This document shows positions 54,390 through 61,122 of a stretch of DNA of 64,000 nt, in pieces. The translations under genes were made by a program, and so were the position numbers. How positions within the stretch are numbered: the first letter of the stretch is position 1; every line of letters starts with the position of its first letter. Below the pieces are notes generated by a model. The model saw only the letters and a program-made list of their open reading frames with translations, did not search any database and was not told the origin of the DNA. Location of the stretch: sequence record KJ019086.1; one strand, 5' to 3'.

Positions 54390-55058
54390 ATGAAACTATC
54401 TGACGAAACTATTGCAGTGTTGAAGAACTTCTCTTCTATCAACCAGAGTATTATTGTGGGTGAGGGTAACACCTTAAGAACTATCTCAGTGATGAAGAAC
54501 ATCCTTGCTGAGGCAAAAGTCTCTGAGAACTTTGAGAAGTCCTTTGCTATCTACGACCTCAATGAGTTTCTAAATGGTTTATCACTTCATGATAACTACG
54601 CATTGGATTTCACCAATGATACCTATGTGGTTATTCGTGAAGGTCGTCGTCGTGTGAACTATCACTTCGCAGATCCTGAAGTTATTGTTGCTCCACCTGA
54701 TAAGCAACTCCAACTTCCCTCTGAGGATGTATGTTTCCAATTGGATCACAGCCAACTCCTACAACTAGTGAAAGCTGCTTCTATCTACAAACTCCCTGAT
54801 CTATCCGTTGTTGGTGAGGATGGTACTATCTCCCTAGTTGTTCGCGATAAGAAGAACGACTCATCCAATGTGTATTCTGTGGATGTTGGTGAGACTACCG
54901 ATGACTTCACCTTCAACTTCAAGGTTGAGAATACTAACAAGATTCTCGCTGGTAACTATGATGTAGTTATCTCCCAGAAACTACTCGCCAAGTTCACTGG
55001 ACAGAAGAACAATGTTGAGTATTTTATCGCTTTAGAACCAGACAGCACCTTTGGGTGA
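54390..55058 (+). CDS. gp45: DNA polymerase sliding clamp gp45
   Basis: MKLS..T..VLKNFSSINQSI, FAIYDLNEFL, YFIALEPDS. Confidence 0.97.
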   Translation: MKLSDETIAVLKNFSSINQSIIVGEGNTLRTISVMKNILAEAKVSENFEKSFAIYDLNEFLNGLSLHDNYALDFTNDTYVVIREGRRRVNYHFADPEVIVAPPDKQLQLPSEDVCFQLDHSQLLQLVKAASIYKLPDLSVVGEDGTISLVVRDKKNDSSNVYSVDVGETTDDFTFNFKVENTNKILAGNYDVVISQKLLAKFTGQKNNVEYFIALEPDSTFG

Positions 55059-55064
55059 TATTAT

Positions 55065-55089
55065 GGGAGGGTAACACCTCCCTTTTTTT
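55065..55089 (+). terminator. Rho-independent terminator after gp45
   Basis: gggagg-gtaaca-cctccc followed by T7. Confidence 0.85.
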
Positions 55090-55617
55090 ATGAATGTATT
55101 CGCGACAGAACAGTCCCCCAGAGGTAGTGCCGTTGTATTACCTGACAAACATATCGTGAAGATGCCTCTTGAATGTTGCCAAATGGTGGCTATCATCTAC
55201 TCTCACTGGTATTACAACTGGGGTGAGATACACAAAGCGAACGGAGAACCATACTCTACTGAGAAGGGTGCGTTTCGCAACCACCCCTGCACCAAGTGGG
55301 CAGCAGAGAGTATGTATAACACAGCCTGGTTGATCGCTCATGGACTAGCACTCTGTACTGAATACACTGATAGGTATGATAAGGTTCACTCTTGTGCTAA
55401 GACCTTGTTTGAAGCCAAGAAGATGTTCCATAGATACACTGGTGAGACCATCCTATGTTACAATATGGTGGAGGACTTCACCCGTGCCATGCCTGATGAG
55501 TTCAAGCTTGACACTGGTATCTCTACCTTTGATGCGTATAAGATGTATATTTCATCCAAACCTTGGGTGAAAGACAACTATCTCCGCAAACCTGAACGCA
55601 AACCCTCTTGGGTTTGA
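55090..55617 (+). CDS. denV: Pyrimidine-dimer DNA glycosylase (DenV/endonuclease V-like)
   Basis: MN.F......SA..LPDKHIVKMPLE..QM, NHPCTKW, LC.EY..RY.K.H motifs. Confidence 0.8.
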   Translation: MNVFATEQSPRGSAVVLPDKHIVKMPLECCQMVAIIYSHWYYNWGEIHKANGEPYSTEKGAFRNHPCTKWAAESMYNTAWLIAHGLALCTEYTDRYDKVHSCAKTLFEAKKMFHRYTGETILCYNMVEDFTRAMPDEFKLDTGISTFDAYKMYISSKPWVKDNYLRKPERKPSWV

Positions 55618-55638
55618 TTACTTTATTATCTTTTTATT

Positions 55639-56589
55639 ATGAACGAACGCACTGATTTCCTATGGACAGAGAAATACCGCCCACAGGTTATTGATGATTG
55701 TATTCTCCCCGATCACGTAAAGAATACATTCAAGGAGTTTGTTGCTAAGGGTGAGATCCCTAACCTCTTGTTATCTGGTCCTCCTGGTATTGGTAAGACC
55801 ACAATTGCCAAAGCTCTTTGTAATGAGATTGGTGCCGACTACTATGTAATCAATGGATCCGATGAGGGAAGATTCCTTGACACAGTCCGTAACCAAGCAA
55901 AGAACTTTGCTTCCACAATGTCCCTTACCTCGGAAGCAAAACACAAGGTCATCATTATTGATGAGGCAGATAACACAGGTAGTGATGTTCAGATGTTGCT
56001 TCGTGCAAACATCGAGGCATTCTACAAGAACTGTCGTTTCATCTTTACCTGCAACTATAAGAACAAGATCATTGAACCCCTCCACAGTAGGTGTGCAGTG
56101 GTTGAGTTCTCCGCTAGGGGTAAGGATAGACAACAGATCGCTGCGTCCTTCTTCCAGAGACTCTCTGGTATCTTAGAAAAGGAACATGTAGAGGCTGACA
56201 AGAAGGTTCTGGTAGAACTAGTTCAGAAACACTTCCCTGACTTCAGGAGGGTTCTAAATGAGGTTCAGAGGTATTCCAGTAGTGGTAAGATCGACTCTGG
56301 TATCCTAGCAACCTTCTCTGAAGTTAAGGTAGAGGACCTTATCAAACACCTTCGTGAGAAGAACTTTGTTGAAGTCCGTAAGTGGGTTGTTGCTAACTTA
56401 GATAACGATACTAATAGTATCCTCCGTAAGTTATACGACACCCTATCTACACAACTAAAAGGTCCTTCTATCGCTGCTGCTGTATTGGTTATCGCCAAGT
56501 ATCAGTATCAGGGAGCCTTTGTAGCTGACCAGGAGATCAACCTCCTAGCAGCTCTAACCGAAATTATGATTGAATGTGAGTTTTCCTAA
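55639..56589 (+). CDS. gp44: Clamp loader large subunit gp44
   Basis: FLW.EKYRP, GPPGIGKTT, IIDEAD, FIFTCN, PLHSRC. Confidence 0.97.
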   Translation: MNERTDFLWTEKYRPQVIDDCILPDHVKNTFKEFVAKGEIPNLLLSGPPGIGKTTIAKALCNEIGADYYVINGSDEGRFLDTVRNQAKNFASTMSLTSEAKHKVIIIDEADNTGSDVQMLLRANIEAFYKNCRFIFTCNYKNKIIEPLHSRCAVVEFSARGKDRQQIAASFFQRLSGILEKEHVEADKKVLVELVQKHFPDFRRVLNEVQRYSSSGKIDSGILATFSEVKVEDLIKHLREKNFVEVRKWVVANLDNDTNSILRKLYDTLSTQLKGPSIAAAVLVIAKYQYQGAFVADQEINLLAALTEIMIECEFS

Positions 56590-56591
56590 TT

Positions 56592-56882
56592 ATGAATGTC
56601 AAACTAATCCGTATGAACTCTGGCGAAGATGTTATCGCCGACCTCATCAGTGAGACTGATGATACACTAGTTCTATCCAACCCTATTGTTTTAGTTCCTG
56701 GTCAAGGTGGAACACTGGGTTTCGCCCCATGGTCACCAGTTCTCTCCCCAGATGTTAAGGAGATTACAATCAAGTCCAGCTACATTGTATTCATGAGTGA
56801 GCCAAATGAGGATGTAGTGGATAACTACAACCAAATCTTTTCCCCCATTGTCACACCAAGCAGTAAAGGATTAATCTTATGA
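56592..56882 (+). CDS. Conserved hypothetical protein with Sm-like fold (96 aa)
   Basis: VKLIRMNSGEDVIADL...LVLSNP...FAPW pattern. Confidence 0.7.
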   Translation: MNVKLIRMNSGEDVIADLISETDDTLVLSNPIVLVPGQGGTLGFAPWSPVLSPDVKEITIKSSYIVFMSEPNEDVVDNYNQIFSPIVTPSSKGLIL

Positions 56883-57121
56883 TGGATACAGTTGTACTCT
56901 ATACAAACAACGGCCAAGAGTCGGAGAGAATCCAACAACTACTGACTAGTGTAGGTGGTGAGTTTCATATCTATACCTTAGATCAAGACTTCACACAGGA
57001 CCAATTCCGTAAGGAGTTTGGTGTATCTGCGGAATACCCACAGGTCGCCATAGGTTATAATCACATTGGGGGTCTCAAGGAAACCCTACATTATCTAACG
57101 GACGAAGGACTTATTAAATGA
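56879..57121 (+). CDS. Cysteine-less glutaredoxin-like protein (80 aa)
   Basis: Grx pattern VVLYT..., YPQV, HIGG; CxxC position replaced by GQES. Confidence 0.7.
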   Translation: MMDTVVLYTNNGQESERIQQLLTSVGGEFHIYTLDQDFTQDQFRKEFGVSAEYPQVAIGYNHIGGLKETLHYLTDEGLIK

Positions 57122-57528
57122 CCCTGGAACTCAAAGACTGGTTGAATAGTTTAAACATGAGTAAGGAAGACCTTATTGGTGGAGATCCTGATGTGGAGAA
57201 AGAGTATCCACCATTCATTGTCAATAAGTGTATGTCTGGTCAGATGGATGCACTTATGTTTGCTAATGAGATGAATAAGTTCCCCTCACTAGATAAAAAG
57301 TTACAATATGATTTTTATCTAAATAGTTTGCGGAAGAGAAAGCGTTTCTCTCCCTGGTTAAGGAAGGATAAGATTAAACACCTTGAGACCGTTCGTAAGT
57401 TTTATGGCTTTTCCACTGAAAAAGCAGAACAAGCTTTGAATATTTTATCCAATGAACAACTTGACTTTATCTATGATAAGCTTGACACTGGGGGAACCAA
57501 ACCATGCAAACGGACGAAAGAGGGGTAG
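57118..57528 (+). CDS. gp62: Clamp loader small subunit gp62
   Basis: ELKDWLNS.N, YPPFIVNKC, ANEMN, LRKRKRFSPW. Confidence 0.95.
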   Translation: MTLELKDWLNSLNMSKEDLIGGDPDVEKEYPPFIVNKCMSGQMDALMFANEMNKFPSLDKKLQYDFYLNSLRKRKRFSPWLRKDKIKHLETVRKFYGFSTEKAEQALNILSNEQLDFIYDKLDTGGTKPCKRTKEG

Positions 57529-57929
57529 TATCTTGGGACCCCTCATATATGATAGAAGTATTTTTGTCAGAACCTGACGACTTCTTAAAAGTAAGAGAAA
57601 CTCTTACGCGCATTGGTGTGGCATCTCGCAAAGAGAAGAAGATATATCAGTCTTGTCATATTCTACATAAGCAGGGAAGATACTTTATAGTTCATTTTAA
57701 GGAACTCTTTGCCCTTGATGGTAAGCATACTACAATTACCTTGAATGATATACAGAGACGCAATCGTATTGTTAAACTACTATCCGATTGGAACTTGATT
57801 GAAGTTTCAGATAGTATCGATATTACAGATGTTGCCCCTCTGAATCAAATAAAAGTTCTCTCATATAAAGAAAAAGAAGACTGGATACTGGAACCCAAGT
57901 ATAATATTGGGGTTAAACGTTCAGAATAA
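57504..57929 (+). CDS. regA: Translational repressor RegA
   Basis: PDDFLKVRETLTRIGVASR, QSCHILHKQGRYFIVHFKELF.LDG. Confidence 0.97.
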   Translation: MQTDERGVVSWDPSYMIEVFLSEPDDFLKVRETLTRIGVASRKEKKIYQSCHILHKQGRYFIVHFKELFALDGKHTTITLNDIQRRNRIVKLLSDWNLIEVSDSIDITDVAPLNQIKVLSYKEKEDWILEPKYNIGVKRSE

Positions 57930-57930
57930 C

Positions 57931-57959
57931 AGGGAGGGGTATCCACACCCCTTTTTTTT
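57931..57959 (+). terminator. Probable terminator after regA
   Basis: Imperfect G/C stem followed by a long T-run. Confidence 0.6.
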
Positions 57960-57970
57960 GTGCTTTCTAC

Positions 57971-57977
57971 CTAAATA
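57971..57977 (+). promoter_or_regulatory. Late promoter variant CTAAATA upstream of hsp20
   Basis: Motif after the terminator, followed by the hairpin tgagt/actca; GGAG SD before the ATG. Confidence 0.6.
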
Positions 57978-58036
57978 GATGAGTAGTTGCCACTCAGGGA
58001 CTACACCTTATACATCTCGCTTATTAGGAGAAACAC

Positions 58037-58480
58037 ATGTCTGGATTAGCACGCTATTATGGTTCTGGGGATATTGAGAAGTTCCTCAAGGACGTTGATA
58101 AGTATTCAATCGGAATGGATGAATGGTTCCATAGGTTCGGAGCACTTCACCAAACAGAAGCAAACTACCCACCCTACAACGTTATTCAGGAGAATGCAGT
58201 CTCCTATCGTGTAGAGGTTGCAGTTGCTGGATTTGCAACAAAAGAACTAGAAGTATTCACAGAGAACAACAAACTCTATGTGGAGGGTCAGAAGGAACTG
58301 GCAGAGCCTAAGGAGGGTGAGTCTTATGTCCATCGTGGAGTGGCTGCAAGGTCCTTCAAGAGGGTCTGGACCATCTCTGATGACGTGGAAGTGAAGGACG
58401 TGGAGGTTTCCAATGGTCTCCTCACCATCCGACTCTCTCGTATCGTTCCTGACCACCAGAAGAGACGTTCCTATCTCTGA
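58037..58480 (+). CDS. hsp20: Small heat shock protein Hsp20
   Basis: NYPPYN, VAVAGF, YVHRGVAARSF.R, NGLL.I alpha-crystallin motifs. Confidence 0.96.
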   Translation: MSGLARYYGSGDIEKFLKDVDKYSIGMDEWFHRFGALHQTEANYPPYNVIQENAVSYRVEVAVAGFATKELEVFTENNKLYVEGQKELAEPKEGESYVHRGVAARSFKRVWTISDDVEVKDVEVSNGLLTIRLSRIVPDHQKRRSYL

Positions 58481-58594
58481 TATAAATATCCATTGAGACT
58501 ATTTTCTCCGGGAGTATTGATCTCCCAAATATCGTCGCACCTGGGGGGTCCTGTCACAAAACAGGGTTGCCCCCTTTTTGGTGCATGTTATAAT
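58481..58594 (+). promoter_or_regulatory. Intergenic regulatory block: TATAAATA, two hairpins, TGTCAC box, TTGCCC-16-TATAAT promoter
   Basis: Elements read directly from the sequence; function inferred. Confidence 0.55.
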
Positions 58595-58609
58595 ATAGTA
58601 TAAACTAAA

Positions 58610-58996
58610 ATGAACAATGATTATGATAGGGAACTTCCTTCCCCAACCGGATCTACGGGGGCAGTTGAACTAATGATTGAATCTATTGACCAGATGAGCA
58701 ACAATGATCCAGTAGTAAAACTAGTTCTACTGAAGAATAATGAAACTATTATTGCTGAGGTTCGTGAGAGTATCGATGGAAGTAGTGTTCAGCTCATTGA
58801 CCCTCGTGTAGTTCTACTACAGGCAGCAAGACCATCTGATGACGGACAGACCACAACAACTGCCATCTCATATACCGACTGGTTACCTTTGTCTGAGAGT
58901 AGAAACTTCACTATTGATGGTGATTATGTGGTCCTTATCACTGATCCCATTGAAAGTTTAGTACAAAGTTATACACAGGCACGACAAAATGGATGA
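58610..58996 (+). CDS. Conserved hypothetical protein with Sm-like fold (128 aa)
   Basis: VKLVLLKNNETIIAEV...VQLIDP...DWLP pattern; usual slot before gp43. Confidence 0.7.
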   Translation: MNNDYDRELPSPTGSTGAVELMIESIDQMSNNDPVVKLVLLKNNETIIAEVRESIDGSSVQLIDPRVVLLQAARPSDDGQTTTTAISYTDWLPLSESRNFTIDGDYVVLITDPIESLVQSYTQARQNG

Positions 58997-59270
58997 AACT
59001 ATTAGAGTATTGGTCTTGACCAATGGAAAAGTCCTTATCAGTAAGATCGAAGAGATAGGAGGTGCTGATATCGGGGAGCCAGACTGCCGTCTAACCGACC
59101 CAGTATGGTATAATGATGAGGTGGAGGAAATGACTGAAGGGTTCAAACGCTTTCCTGGTAAGGGGATCACACCCGATACCAAGTTGGCCATCTCTTCTGT
59201 CAATATCTTGACTCTGGTTACCCCAGATAATAAACTCCTCAGTGAATACCTCGTGTTTATTAGTGATTAA
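58989..59270 (+). CDS. Conserved hypothetical protein with Sm-like fold (93 aa)
   Basis: IRVLVLTNGKVLISKIEE...GEPDCRLTDP pattern; usual slot before gp43. Confidence 0.7.
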   Translation: MDETIRVLVLTNGKVLISKIEEIGGADIGEPDCRLTDPVWYNDEVEEMTEGFKRFPGKGITPDTKLAISSVNILTLVTPDNKLLSEYLVFISD

Positions 59271-60745
59271 TGTCTAACAAGTTCTACACCAATGTTCAGC
59301 TTTATGGTAACAACATCCTCCTACGCGGGTATGAGAACGGAGAGAAGTTTCACACTAGGGAACAATACTCTCCCACACTATATGTGAGTTCTAAGAAACC
59401 TAGTGAGTGGAAAACACTTACTGGTGAGAATGTTCAACCAGTGAAACCCGGATCTATTAGAGATTGTAGGGATTTTATCAAGAAGTATAAAGATGTAGAG
59501 AACTTTAATGTGTTTGGTAATGAGAGGTTTGCCTTTCAATACATTGCAGACAACTATCCTGGGGAGATTGAATATGATCCCCAGTTGATTAATATCTTGA
59601 GTTTGGATATTGAGGTTGAGTCTGAACATGGTTTCCCAGATCCAGAGTCTGCTAATGAGGAAGTACTACTCATTACTATTCAGGACTATGTTACCAAACA
59701 AATCATTACTTGGGGTCAGATAAAGCATGGGGAGTTTGATAACCAACAGGATAATGTAGATTTCCGTCCATGTGAGAGTGAGTATCACCTACTGAGTGCC
59801 TTTATTCAGTGGTGGCAACAGAACCCACCTGATGTTATCACTGGGTGGAACATTGACTATTATGATATTCCATACCTCGTCAGACGCATGAAGAGAGTGT
59901 TGGGTGATAAACTAGCAAGCACTATCTCCCCTTGGAAGTTCGTAACAGACGAAGAGCACTTCTTCAAGGGTATGAATAAACTATATTATAATATCGCTGG
60001 TATCACTCAACTAGACTACCTAGTTTTATACACTAAGTTCACATATACGAACCAAGAGTCATACAGACTAGACCACATTGCTAATGTGGAGTTGGGTCAG
60101 CAGAAGTTAGACCACTCTGAGTTTGAAACTTTCAAAGACTTCTACCGAAAAGGTTGGCAGAAGTTCGTAGAATATAACATCGTTGACGTGGAACTGGTTG
60201 ACAGGATGGAAGAGAAGTTGAAACTCATTGACCTTGCCATCACTATGGCGTTTGATGCCAAGGTTAACTTCCAGGATGTATTCTCACAGGTGAGACTATG
60301 GGATACTATTATCTATAACTATCTCAGGGATAGGAACATTGTTATCCCTCAGAAGGAACAGACTAGTAAGAGTGAGAAGTTCGCTGGAGCATATGTAAAA
60401 GAACCCAAACCCGGTCTATATGAATGGGTGGTGTCCTTTGACCTTAACTCCCTGTATCCTCACCTACTAATGCAATACAACATCTCTCCAGAAACATTGA
60501 TGGAAGAGAGGTGTCCTAATATCTCCATTGAAAAGGTTCTCAATGAAGAAGTAACCTTTGAGATGTATAAAGACTATGCTGTTTGTCCTAATGGGGCAAT
60601 GTATCGCAAAGATGTCCGCGGGTTCCTACCAACCCTAATGGAAAAGATGTATGATGAACGAAAGGCGTTCAAACAAAAGATGTTGAAGTCCAAACAAATC
60701 CTCGTTGATATCGAGGCTGAAATGAAAAGAAGAGGTGTATTATGA
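59270..60745 (+). CDS. gp43A: DNA polymerase gp43, N-terminal subunit (gp43A: exonuclease domain and palm motif A)
   Basis: ExoI LDIEVE, ExoII GWNIDYYDIPYL, ExoIII YNIVDV, motif A SFDLNSLYP; ends in the first fingers helix with TGA at 60743. Confidence 0.95.
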   Translation: MSNKFYTNVQLYGNNILLRGYENGEKFHTREQYSPTLYVSSKKPSEWKTLTGENVQPVKPGSIRDCRDFIKKYKDVENFNVFGNERFAFQYIADNYPGEIEYDPQLINILSLDIEVESEHGFPDPESANEEVLLITIQDYVTKQIITWGQIKHGEFDNQQDNVDFRPCESEYHLLSAFIQWWQQNPPDVITGWNIDYYDIPYLVRRMKRVLGDKLASTISPWKFVTDEEHFFKGMNKLYYNIAGITQLDYLVLYTKFTYTNQESYRLDHIANVELGQQKLDHSEFETFKDFYRKGWQKFVEYNIVDVELVDRMEEKLKLIDLAITMAFDAKVNFQDVFSQVRLWDTIIYNYLRDRNIVIPQKEQTSKSEKFAGAYVKEPKPGLYEWVVSFDLNSLYPHLLMQYNISPETLMEERCPNISIEKVLNEEVTFEMYKDYAVCPNGAMYRKDVRGFLPTLMEKMYDERKAFKQKMLKSKQILVDIEAEMKRRGVL

Positions 60746-60900
60746 GTTTTCGTCACAAAACATATGGTGGTCTAGTTCATTATGACCACAATGATAAGAT
60801 TATAGTCATTGAACGTCGATTGAATCCAATGCAACATCACGCTATGCTTGTGAGTAAGTTGAAGGAAGAGTATCCAGAGTATCAAGTAGTTACTGGATAG
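60742..60900 (+). CDS. Small hypothetical ORF inside the split gp43 locus (52 aa, not in ORF track)
   Basis: ATGA overlap with the gp43A stop and GAGG SD; MSFRHKTYGGLVHYDHNDKIIVIERRLNPMQHHAMLVSKLKEEYPEYQVVTG. Confidence 0.65.
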   Translation: MSFRHKTYGGLVHYDHNDKIIVIERRLNPMQHHAMLVSKLKEEYPEYQVVTG

Positions 60901-61115
60901 TGAGTGGTTTAGTTGCTGAGATTATGCAAGTCGTTACTATGATTACTATGCTATTCAATATGTGCAATAGTAATGAGTTCAACAGACAAGCATGTATGAA
61001 AGACTGGGATACTTGGTTATTACCTGAGATATCCCGTGCGTGGCAAATTAAAACAGGTCAGGAAGCCCCTTACCAAAACGAGGAAGATGTGGTAGAATGG
61101 CACCAACAGCAGTGA
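60900..61115 (+). CDS. Small hypothetical ORF inside the split gp43 locus (71 aa, hydrophobic N-terminus, two Cys)
   Basis: GTG start overlapping the previous TAG; fills the remaining gap. Confidence 0.6.
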   Translation: MSGLVAEIMQVVTMITMLFNMCNSNEFNRQACMKDWDTWLLPEISRAWQIKTGQEAPYQNEEDVVEWHQQQ

Positions 61116-61122
61116 GGTTCTT

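Noticed and set aside
60746-61122. Group I intron, intein or translational bypass rejoining gp43
   Set aside because: The gap is fully occupied by two coupled ORFs; I see no intron core, intein motifs or matched take-off/landing codons, and both halves have their own helical extensions.
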